DNA of 64,000 nucleotides from Candidatus Thiodiazotropha sp. (ex Epidulcina cf. delphinae) (GTDB lineage Bacteria; Pseudomonadota; Gammaproteobacteria; Chromatiales; Chromatiaceae): NCBI GenBank assembly GCA_025656455.1, contig JAHXHS010000004.1, positions 14,377 to 78,376 of the forward strand, read 5' to 3'. Shown piece by piece: positions 55,787 to 64,000 of this stretch (position 1 is its first letter; each line of letters starts with the position of its first letter). The notes under the pieces were generated by a model. It saw only the letters and a program-made list of their open reading frames with translations, ran no database searches and was not told where the DNA came from. The position numbers and the translations under genes were made by a program.

Positions 55787-56053
55787 GTGTGGTGTAACGT
55801 ATAAACTGTACCAATCAGCGAGACGCTAAGCCGTTAGCTGCTAGGCGCGTTGCGCCGGGAATGGCGCGCCCTTTCCAAGCAACGCAACAACGCAGATGAC
55901 GGCTTAGCGTCTCGCCCGAAGGGAGGCCCGTCAATGCCTCAATCCTGCGTTGCAGCGCTTAACAAGGGCGCTGCCATTGTCTGCGCGCTGCGCCTGGTCT
56001 TGAGGCATTGACGGGCCTCTGATTGGTACAGTTTATACGTTACACCACACTAG
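55784..56053 (+). mobile_element. MITE-like structured repeat, family B, copy 2 (270 bp)
   Basis: CTAGTGTGGTGTAACGTATAAACTGTACCAATCAG...CTGATTGGTACAGTTTATACGTTACACCACACTAG. It shares the junction CTA with family A copy 2. Confidence 0.8.
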
Positions 56054-56537
56054 GATGAATGGCGCTTACTTAAGGTGAATATGCCTGGATCTTACTCGTC
56101 ATTCCAGTAACCGCGTCATTCCGGCGAATGCCGGAGAAGTGGTGCATGGATGCACCGTTTACGGACCTAAGGATGGAATCCAGGGAAATGACGCCTGTTG
56201 GTGATTCTGGATCCCGGCATTCGCCGGGATGACGGTGGTTTTGATCTTAAGTAAGTGCCATTCATCTTAGGATCCTTTGCGGGCTTTGCGATCTTGGCGA
56301 GTGTTTCTTTTCGTCTTATCATCTCAGTGAGGGCTCAGTTTCGACCTCTCTGCCTGAATCTGCCACCACACAGCACGACAGAGCCTCTTCGTGTCTCACT
56401 GCCTGAGGCGGTGGTTTACCTACATTGAATCAACGCTTCGAGGCGAATTTGCGTTTATTCGCGTTCATTTGCGGACAAATTCCGCTTGATATTGCTTGAT
56501 ACGCTTTACTGCTTTCCCCGTCGGGTTGGAATAGCCT

Positions 56538-58409
56538 TCAATGTCCTGTATAGAGCCTGGCTAAATCATCGGCATATTGATCGAGTATCTTGTTTCGGCG
56601 CAGTTTCAGGGTCGGTGTGATCAGCCCGTTTTCCACGCTCCAGGGTTCCGGGATAACCGCGATGCGGATGATTCTGGCATAGCCGGGAAAGTTATCCAGA
56701 TGGCCGTTGATTCGCTTCAGCAACTCTTTTTCCTGCTGTTCGTCGATATTTGTTGCGTCTATATCCATGGATTGGCCGGTCTCCGGGTTGAGAACGACCA
56801 AGGCGCTCAAGTAGGGTTTGCCCTCGCCGACCACCAGCACCTGCTCGAAGAGGCTGTCCATGGCGATGCACATCTCCATGTCGGCGGGGGGCACCTTTTC
56901 GCCGTTGGCCATGACGATGATCTCTTTCAACCGGCCGGTGATGAAGATATGGCCATCCTCGATCTTTACCTTGTCGCCGGTATGGAACCATCCCTCTTCG
57001 TCGATGACCTCGGCGGTGGCGTGCCGGTTGTTCCAGTAGCCCAACATGACATTGGGGGCGCGGCAGAGCAGTTCCTCGTTTTCGCTGATTTTGATCTCTA
57101 CACCTGGGAAGGGGATGCCTACGCTGGCCGGAATGTTGTCCTCATGGATGTTGGCGGAGATGATCGGACTGGTTTCGGTCAGGCCGTAACCTTGTAGGAT
57201 GGGAATCCCCAGGCCGATGAAAACCTTGGCGATCTCCGGCGCCAGGGGAGCGCCGCCGGAGACGGCTATTCGCAGCCTTCCCCCGAGTTTCTCCTGAATC
57301 TTAGCGGCCACGAGTTTCTCCAACAGCGGCCACAAGACGAATTTAGGCGACCAACCAGCACGCCCCTGTCGATACTCGAAGCGCTGCCAGCCTGTCTCCA
57401 CGGCCAGATTGAAGATGGCGCGGGCGACGCCGGAGTCCTCGGCCAGTTTCTCCTGCATCTTGGCATACACCCGTTCGAAGATCCGCGGCACCGAGATCAG
57501 GATGGTCGGCTTGATGATCTGCAGATCCTCGGCCAGTTGCGGGATCGAACGGGCATAGGCGGTGGTGGCGCCGGCAACGATTGCCAGATAGTAGCCGACC
57601 GTCCTCTCCAGGGTATGCGACAGGGGCAGAAAGGAGAGAAAGGTGTCAGTGGGGTAGAGATCGATGATCTTGAGCCCGCTTTCGATGTCCCAAAGGATGT
57701 TGCGGTGGCTGAGCATGACGCCTTTCGACCGGCCTGTGGTGCCGGAGGTGTAGACGATGGAGGCCAGGCTCTCGCTGGGGATATCCAGGGCCAGCATTTT
57801 ATCGTCGCTCGCTTGCGGCAGCCAATCCTCGATATAGGCCAGGCGGGGCTGGAGTCCCATGGGATCGACCCGCTGCAGGGTGACGATGCGGTTGAGACCG
57901 GCGAGCTGGTTGCGGATCTGCTGGAGTTCCTGCCACTGTTCGTCGTTCTCCAGGAGTAATAGACGCACCCCGGCATCCTGCAGGATGTAGCCGATGTTTT
58001 CAGGGCGGTCATTGGTGTAGATGGGGATCGTGACCAGGCCCAGTCCCTGAGCAGCCAGGTCAAAGGTGGCCCATTCGCGGCAATTGCGCAGCATCAGGGC
58101 GACCCGGTCCCCCGGTTTGAGCTCTTCGCGTTGGAAGGCGCCTTGCCAACGCGCCACTAGCTGCGCCATTTCCCGCCAGTTGGTCTCCTGCCAGGTGTCG
58201 CTCTGTTCCTGATATTGGATGTAGGCGGTGGCATCGGGGGAGCGTTTGACACGTTCCTGGAAGATGCCCGCCAAGGTGTCGGCATCCTTGAGACGGATAT
58301 AATCGGTGTTCGGTGTATTCATGCTCTCGTTGTCATTGTTATCGGTTTCCCTCCCATCCTTTGCATCTGATGGGTCTGACTGGCGTGGATGATTGAAGAA
58401 TAACATCAC
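56538..58409 (-). CDS. long-chain-fatty-acid--CoA ligase (FadD-like AMP-dependent synthetase)
   Basis: IVYTSGTTGRSKGVML, YGLTETSP, WFHTGDKVKIEDGHIFITGRLKE. The start is either GTG/ATG at 58409/58406 (4-nt overlap with the upstream stop) or ATG 58322 (MNTPNTDY...). Confidence 0.88.
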   Translation of the reverse strand: MMLFFNHPRQSDPSDAKDGRETDNNDNESMNTPNTDYIRLKDADTLAGIFQERVKRSPDATAYIQYQEQSDTWQETNWREMAQLVARWQGAFQREELKPGDRVALMLRNCREWATFDLAAQGLGLVTIPIYTNDRPENIGYILQDAGVRLLLLENDEQWQELQQIRNQLAGLNRIVTLQRVDPMGLQPRLAYIEDWLPQASDDKMLALDIPSESLASIVYTSGTTGRSKGVMLSHRNILWDIESGLKIIDLYPTDTFLSFLPLSHTLERTVGYYLAIVAGATTAYARSIPQLAEDLQIIKPTILISVPRIFERVYAKMQEKLAEDSGVARAIFNLAVETGWQRFEYRQGRAGWSPKFVLWPLLEKLVAAKIQEKLGGRLRIAVSGGAPLAPEIAKVFIGLGIPILQGYGLTETSPIISANIHEDNIPASVGIPFPGVEIKISENEELLCRAPNVMLGYWNNRHATAEVIDEEGWFHTGDKVKIEDGHIFITGRLKEIIVMANGEKVPPADMEMCIAMDSLFEQVLVVGEGKPYLSALVVLNPETGQSMDIDATNIDEQQEKELLKRINGHLDNFPGYARIIRIAVIPEPWSVENGLITPTLKLRRNKILDQYADDLARLYTGH

Positions 58410-60433
58410 ACTCCCCCTAACTTAGCCCATCCCGCGTCGGGATGGAACTGGTTGCCGTGGCGTTGTTCGAGCAATTCCAGCTGCTGGCGTTGCTGCTCCA
58501 GTCCGCCGGAATGGATAGTGTGCATGGGACCGCCGCGAAAAGGCGCATAGCCGGTGCCGAAAATGACCCCCGCATCCAGCAGATCCTCATCCTCGACCAC
58601 CCCTTCCCGCAGGCAGGCCACTGACTCGTTGAGCAGGCGGAAGATCATCCGGTCGGCCAGATCGGCCGGTGGTTGATAGTCTCGTGCCACTTTCTGTTTT
58701 ACCATCCGGCCTTTGTCGTAACGATAGAAACCATTCCCGCTCTTTTTTCCCAGTTGCCCTTGTTCGACCCGTTGTTCCAATTTATCGGGGATTCTGAGAT
58801 CGAACAGAGGGGCGAGTTTTTTCGCTACCGCCAGGCAGATGTCCAGCCCCACGGCGTCCGCCAGCTCCACCGGCCCCATGGGCATGCCAAAGGCCGCCGC
58901 CGCCCGGTCGATGGCGGGTGCGGGTACGCCTTCGTCGACCAGTCTGAGCGCTTCCAGCAGATAGGGCATGAGGATGCGGTTGACGAGAAACCCTGGACTG
59001 CTCCGCACCGGTAGCGGCAGGCGGTCGATGGCCCGGGCAAAGGCGGCGCCTTTGTGGATCAGGTCAGGATCTGTCCGCTCGCCATGCACCACTTCGATCA
59101 ACTGCATTTTGGCCACTGGGTTGAAGAAGTGGAGACCGATCAGGCGTTCAGGGGCCTGCAGGGCCTCGCCGATGGTCTCCAGGGGGATGCTCGAGGTGTT
59201 CGTCGCCAGCAAGGCATCGGGCCGCATGCCGGCCTCCAACTCCCGGAACAGAGCCTGTTTCGCCTCCACATCCTCGAAAATGGCCTCGATGGCGACATCG
59301 GCCTGGCTTACGCCGTAGCCGTTCGGGTCCGGCATCAAGCGATCCATCGCCGCTTGAACCAGTCGCGGTTTACGCAGTTTGCGACGGAACAGCCGGTGAG
59401 CCCGGGCTACCGCTTTGCTGAGAAACTTCGCCTCCCGGTCCTGCAGGGTGACCCGCAAGCCTTTGAGGGCGCACCAGGCAGCGATATCGCCTCCCATGAT
59501 GCCGCCGCCCACCACATGCACCTGCCGGGGGTTGAAATCATCCTTGGATCCGAGTGATTTAAGTCGCTCCTGAAGGAAAAAGACCCGGATCAGATTCTGT
59601 GCCGTGTCGCCCACCAGCAATCTGCTCACCTCGCTGGCTTCGCTGCGGAACATGGCTTGCGGATCGCCGCCATGCCGCTTCCAGTGTTCGATCAGGGCGT
59701 AGGGGGAGGGGTAGTGTTCGGGGCGGGCGTGTTTCGCGGTCTCGCGGGTCAGGTAGGGCGCGATCGCTTGTCGGGCGGGGTAGCTGTTTGCCAGACGCTG
59801 CATCACACCCGGGCCACGGGACGGGGCCTGTCGCTGGATGATAGCCATAGCGGCCGCCTTGAGTTGTCTCTCCGGCGCGACCTGATCCACCAGGCCGATC
59901 TTTTTCGCCTGGCGTCCGCTGATGCTGCGACCGCTGAGCATCAACTGCATGGCAGGCAGTGCGCCGATCAGGCGGATGCCGCGGACCGTGCCGCCGTAGC
60001 CGGGAAAGATGCCCAGTTTGACTTCGGGAAAGGCGAGCCGGGTCGATTCATCGTCACGGGCCAGGCGGTAGTCGCAACAAAGCGCCAATTCCAAGCCGCC
60101 GCCGAGGCAGAAACCGTGGATCAGCGCGAGGGTGGGAAAGGGCAGGGCCTCGATACGATCAAACAGGTTATGGACCTGGCGGATATGCGATTCCGCCTCG
60201 CCCTGTTGCATGCCGCTGCGAAAACTGTTGACGTCTGCCCCGGCAATAAATCCGCCCGGTTTGTCAGAGAGGATGATCAAGCCCTTGGGTTGTGTCGTTT
60301 CCAGTTCATCGAGCCGTTCGCTAAGCTCGGTAAAGGCCGCCTGGGAGAGTATGTTCACCGGGCTGTCCGCATGCGCGAAGTGAAGCCAGGCGATGTTCCG
60401 CTGGTCTTGTTCCAAGCGCCAGTGCCTGCTCAT
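58406..60433 (-). CDS. multifunctional enoyl-CoA hydratase / 3-hydroxyacyl-CoA dehydrogenase (FadB/FadJ-like)
   Basis: N-terminal crotonase fold (GFIAGADV...GFCLGGGLELAL). NAD motif VHVVGGGIMGGDIA. C-terminal 3HCDH domains. Confidence 0.9.
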   Translation of the reverse strand: MSRHWRLEQDQRNIAWLHFAHADSPVNILSQAAFTELSERLDELETTQPKGLIILSDKPGGFIAGADVNSFRSGMQQGEAESHIRQVHNLFDRIEALPFPTLALIHGFCLGGGLELALCCDYRLARDDESTRLAFPEVKLGIFPGYGGTVRGIRLIGALPAMQLMLSGRSISGRQAKKIGLVDQVAPERQLKAAAMAIIQRQAPSRGPGVMQRLANSYPARQAIAPYLTRETAKHARPEHYPSPYALIEHWKRHGGDPQAMFRSEASEVSRLLVGDTAQNLIRVFFLQERLKSLGSKDDFNPRQVHVVGGGIMGGDIAAWCALKGLRVTLQDREAKFLSKAVARAHRLFRRKLRKPRLVQAAMDRLMPDPNGYGVSQADVAIEAIFEDVEAKQALFRELEAGMRPDALLATNTSSIPLETIGEALQAPERLIGLHFFNPVAKMQLIEVVHGERTDPDLIHKGAAFARAIDRLPLPVRSSPGFLVNRILMPYLLEALRLVDEGVPAPAIDRAAAAFGMPMGPVELADAVGLDICLAVAKKLAPLFDLRIPDKLEQRVEQGQLGKKSGNGFYRYDKGRMVKQKVARDYQPPADLADRMIFRLLNESVACLREGVVEDEDLLDAGVIFGTGYAPFRGGPMHTIHSGGLEQQRQQLELLEQRHGNQFHPDAGWAKLGGV

Positions 60434-61731
60434 TTTGCCACCTCCAGTAACATTGCGCCGCCCTGTCCGCCGCCAATGCAGAGACTGGCGATCCCCCGCT
60501 CGCCGCCGCGTTGATGCAGGGTCTTGAGCAGGTGGAGTACCAAGCGCGCGCCACTGGCGCCGACCGGGTGGCCGATGCTGACGGCCCCGCCATCCACATT
60601 CAGGCGTTCATCGGGAATGGGCGGGAGCGGACCGTCCAGACCGACTTCGCGCTGCATATAGTCGCTATCCTGCCAGGCGGCTTGACAGGCCAGCACCTGG
60701 GCCGCGAAGGCTTCGTTGATCTCCCAGTAATCGATATCGTCACCGCTCAACTGGTGTTTCCGCAGCAATTGGCCCATGGCGTGGACAGGGCCCAGGCCCA
60801 TCTGCGAAGGATCCAAGGCGGACCATTGCGAATCGACCACACGACCGAGGACCGCTAAGCCGTACTTCTCCACAGCCTTTTCCGAGGCCAGCAGGAGCAT
60901 CGCGGCGCCATCGGTGATCTGGGCGCTGTTACCCGCTGTGACCTTGCCCACCGGGCGATCGAAGGCGGGTTTGAGTTGGGCGAGCTTCTCCACGCTGCCC
61001 TCTCGTCTCAGGCCGTCGTCAGACGCGAACAGTTGTCCGTCGTCGGCATAAATGGGTTCGATCTCATCGAGCCGTCCGCCATCCAGAGCGTCCGCGAGTC
61101 GTTGATGACTGCGCAGGGCGAATCGATCCATCGCCTCCCGGTCGATATTGAAACGCCAGGCCAGCTTCTCCGCGGTCTGGCCCATGGAGAGGCCGACCAG
61201 GGGATCGGTCAATCCCCGCAGCAGGGCGATGATGAGTTGAAAGTGTTGCGGGCGCAGGGCAGCCAGTTGCCGGCCGCGGGCGCTAAAACCCCTTGCCCTG
61301 TTCCAGTCCGCCAGCCAGGCCACCATCGACGGGTTGACCAGTACCGGGTGGTGGCTCATGGACTCGGTCCCCCCTGCCAGGACCAGGTTTGCCCGGCCGC
61401 TGGCGATGTTGAGGGCGGCGCTATCCACCGCCTGCATCCCGGAGGCGCAATTGCGCTGCACCGTCCAGGCTGGCACCCGATCACCGCAGCCCAGCCGCAA
61501 CGCCACGATCCGGGCGATGTTCGCCTCATCCGGGCCCGGTGAGATACAGCCGAGGATGACCTCATCCAAGGCCTCCGCCGGAACAGGCTGCCTTGCCAAT
61601 AAAGGACGACCTGCGGCAACCGCCAGGTCGGATGCCAGGAAAGGACCGGGTTTTCCCCGCGCCTTGAGAAAAGGGGTGCGGCTGCCGTCCACCACAAAGA
61701 CAGGCCTTGCCGCTGTTTTCTCCTTGACCAT
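60430..61731 (-). CDS. acetyl-CoA C-acyltransferase (thiolase, FadA/FadI-like)
   Basis: Active-site context RNCASGMQAV, NVDGGAVSIGHPVGASGARL and CIGGGQGGAMLLE. Confidence 0.92.
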   Translation of the reverse strand: MVKEKTAARPVFVVDGSRTPFLKARGKPGPFLASDLAVAAGRPLLARQPVPAEALDEVILGCISPGPDEANIARIVALRLGCGDRVPAWTVQRNCASGMQAVDSAALNIASGRANLVLAGGTESMSHHPVLVNPSMVAWLADWNRARGFSARGRQLAALRPQHFQLIIALLRGLTDPLVGLSMGQTAEKLAWRFNIDREAMDRFALRSHQRLADALDGGRLDEIEPIYADDGQLFASDDGLRREGSVEKLAQLKPAFDRPVGKVTAGNSAQITDGAAMLLLASEKAVEKYGLAVLGRVVDSQWSALDPSQMGLGPVHAMGQLLRKHQLSGDDIDYWEINEAFAAQVLACQAAWQDSDYMQREVGLDGPLPPIPDERLNVDGGAVSIGHPVGASGARLVLHLLKTLHQRGGERGIASLCIGGGQGGAMLLEVAK

Positions 61732-61803
61732 AAATCACTCCTCTCTGCAACGATTTAAAGATCTTTTATTCGTTCTTCCGGTCCGCCTGGTGAGAAATGC
61801 GGG

Positions 61804-62125
61804 CTAGTGTAGTGTCCTATACTGTTTGACGTTTTCAGCGTGACGAGAAGCCATTAGCCGCGCCCCGCAGGAAGTGCCCTTGGGGTGCTAGGCGCGTTGC
61901 GCAGGGAATGGCGCGCCCTTTCCAAGCAACGCAACAACGCGGATGATGGCTTCTCGTCGCGCCCGAAGGGAGGCCCACAAATGACCCGATCCCGCGTTGC
62001 AGCCCTTGTTAATGGGGCAACCATTGACGGCGGGCTGCGCCTGCACCCCAAGGGCACTTCCTGCGGGCGACTCGAGTCATTTGTGGGCCTCTGATAACGT
62101 CAAACAGTATAGGACACTACACTAG
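61804..62125 (+). mobile_element. MITE-like structured repeat, family B variant, copy 3 (322 bp)
   Basis: Termini are CTAGTGTAGTGTCCTATACTGTTTGACG...CGTCAAACAGTATAGGACACTACACTAG. It has the same hinge (GCGCCCGAAGGGAGGCCC) and central block as copy 2. It fills the fadE-thiolase intergenic region. Confidence 0.8.
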
Positions 62126-62127
62126 CT

Positions 62128-64000
62128 TTAGGCAGCGCCCAGTTTGTTCAGCTTGGATACCTTGGCGCTCTCTTTTCGCTTGCCGGACTGCGAGCCGTTC
62201 AATCTTTCGAAGGTGTTGACCTGGATGATCTGGTTACGCAGCCGATCAGCCTCTTCCAGGGCCTCTCTGTCGCTGTCGCTGAGGATGCCAAGCCCGATCG
62301 CCTCCTCAATCAGGCTTTGGATATCCCGGGATTTGAGTTGGCCTGCGCGTTTGGCGCGACGCAGGGTCTTCTCATGGGGAGTGGCGGCAGCGACGGCAAT
62401 CAACGCCCGCTCCAACTGGCCTACCCGGTGCTGTTGGTCATCTGTGGTGTAGATGCCCTGGGTAAGGCGATCGCGCACTTCGCCGGGACTCAGCAGAATG
62501 CGGGCAACCTGATGGTCGAGACGGTCAGTGGGCTTGTGGAAGGGCAGGCCGGTCGGGAAGATCACCACCCGCAGCAACCAGGCTAGTGGGCGCACCGGCA
62601 TGTTACGCAACAACCCACGGAGGGCATGCTGGATGCGGTCGAGCGAATCGTCCAAGGCCCATTGCATCAACGGCAGATCCTCCTGCCGCTCGCCCTCTTC
62701 CACATAGCGTTTCAGGCTGGCGCTGGCGATGTAGAGATTGCTCAACATGTCACCCAGCCTGGCAGAGAGACGCTCCTTGCGCTTGAGTGATCCGCCGAGG
62801 GTCATCAGGGCGATGTCGGTGGTCAGGGCGAACGCTGCTGACATCCAGTTCAGACGCTGGAAGTAGCGTCGTGACGGTCCGCTCTTCGGACTCTCGGAGA
62901 GCCGCCCGTGGCTGATGCCCAGCCAGAGGGTGCGAGCGAAATTGGTCACCACGAAACCGATATGGCTGAACAGGGCCTCATCGAACTGGTAGAGGGCGGC
63001 ATCGTCGTCTTGGTTTTCCACGGCCTCGAACTCTTTGAGGACATAAGGGTGGGAGCGGATCGCGCCCTGGCCGAAGATGATCATACTGCGGGTGAGGATA
63101 TTGGCGCCTTCGACAGTGATTGCGATCGGCGTCGCCTGATAAGCCTTGCCGATCAGGTTGTCGGGTCCGAGACAGATCCCGCTGCCGCCCTGGATGTCCA
63201 TGGCGTCGTTGATTGCCTGACGATAGCGTTCGGTGAGGTGATACTTGACGATGGCTGAGATCACCGATGGCGACTCACCGCTGTCCAGGGCGCTGAGAGT
63301 CAGTTTGCGGGCGGCGTCCATCTGATAGGTCAGGCCACCGATTCTTGCCAGGGCCTCCTCGACGCCTTCGAAATGACCGATGGGCTGACCGAATTGGCTG
63401 CGCACCGCGGCATAGGCGCCGGTGTAGCGGCTGGCCTGTTTGCCGGCACCGGTGGAGAGCGCGGGCAGTGAGATACTGCGCCCTTCAGACAGGGATTCGA
63501 CCAGCATGCGCCAGCCCTGGCCCACGCCGTCAGCGCCGCCCATCACCCAGTCGATCGGGATAAATACATCCCGTCCGTAGGTCGGGCCGTTCTGGAAGGG
63601 GATATCGAGAGGCATGTGCCGGGGTCCGATCTCGACGCCAGGTGTGTCGTGGGGGATCAGCGCCACGGTGATACCAGGGGAGGGGTCGTCGCCCAGCAGA
63701 CCCTCGGGGTCCTCCAGCTTGAAGGCCAGCCCGATCAAGGTTGCCACCGGGGCGAGGGTGATATAGCGCTTTTCCCAGTTGAGCCTGATCCCCAGCACCT
63801 GTTGGCCCTCATGCTCGCCATAGGTCACCACCCCGTTATCCGGTATCGCGCCGGCATCGCTGCCCGCCTGCGGGCTGGTGAGGGCGAAACAGGGGACCTC
63901 TTCACCGCTTGCCAGTTTTCTGAGGTATCGCTCCTTTTGCTCTTCGGTGCCGTAGTGGAGCAACAGTTTTGCCGGCCCGAGGGAGTTGGGCACCATCACC
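62128..64000 (-). CDS. fadE: acyl-CoA dehydrogenase FadE (3' part; N-terminus beyond window end)
   Basis: ...MVPNSLGPAKLLLHYGTEEQKERYLRKLASGEEVPCFALTSPQAGSDAG... matches the interior and C-terminal half of E. coli-type FadE. The ORF is open to the window edge. Confidence 0.9.
   Translation of the reverse strand, partial: VMVPNSLGPAKLLLHYGTEEQKERYLRKLASGEEVPCFALTSPQAGSDAGAIPDNGVVTYGEHEGQQVLGIRLNWEKRYITLAPVATLIGLAFKLEDPEGLLGDDPSPGITVALIPHDTPGVEIGPRHMPLDIPFQNGPTYGRDVFIPIDWVMGGADGVGQGWRMLVESLSEGRSISLPALSTGAGKQASRYTGAYAAVRSQFGQPIGHFEGVEEALARIGGLTYQMDAARKLTLSALDSGESPSVISAIVKYHLTERYRQAINDAMDIQGGSGICLGPDNLIGKAYQATPIAITVEGANILTRSMIIFGQGAIRSHPYVLKEFEAVENQDDDAALYQFDEALFSHIGFVVTNFARTLWLGISHGRLSESPKSGPSRRYFQRLNWMSAAFALTTDIALMTLGGSLKRKERLSARLGDMLSNLYIASASLKRYVEEGERQEDLPLMQWALDDSLDRIQHALRGLLRNMPVRPLAWLLRVVIFPTGLPFHKPTDRLDHQVARILLSPGEVRDRLTQGIYTTDDQQHRVGQLERALIAVAAATPHEKTLRRAKRAGQLKSRDIQSLIEEAIGLGILSDSDREALEEADRLRNQIIQVNTFERLNGSQSGKRKESAKVSKLNKLGAA

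Overview
This is a 64-kb chromosomal window from a Gammaproteobacteria-like genome, judged from the gene order yceF / yceD-rpmF-plsX-fabH-fabD-fabG-acpP-fabF-pabC-mltG-tmk-holB-pilZ-tatD. I support about 57 CDS (two truncated at the window edges, two below the 60-aa cutoff of the ORF track), one tRNA-Ser(UGA), one pseudogene and many intergenic repeats. No rRNA, CRISPR array, intact transposase or prophage was seen.

Main blocks:
- 163-12347: a cluster with an FeS/flavin oxidoreductase, a His-rich membrane protein, a 21-haem cytochrome c, a giant repeat-built cytochrome c with about 67 CXXCH motifs (my manual count), and a TPR plus beta-barrel outer-membrane-type protein.
- crcB-DUF190-serS, a BI-1 family gene, tRNA-Ser, rtcB, htpX and an RRM protein.
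- 20713-25284: a translationally coupled six-gene cassette (thermostable-haemolysin-like acyltransferase, adenylating ligase, haem-oxygenase-like di-iron enzyme, small membrane protein, SDR, TPR protein), followed by an OmpR/HK pair.
- fbaB and several small or orphan genes.
- A REC/degenerate-GGDEF/coiled-coil protein divergent from an HDOD protein.
- oadGAB placed between yceF and the fab cluster.
- An orphan 593-aa protein.
- A fadE-thiolase-fadB-fadD-like beta-oxidation operon.

The most interesting candidate is the multihaem cluster, which may be a trans-envelope electron conduit or 'nanowire'. The second theme is several families of structured MITE/REP-like elements. Their stems differ between copies but keep base pairing. 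One of them supplies the stop codon of pabC.

All calls rest on reading the translations and the DNA by eye. No database search was run.
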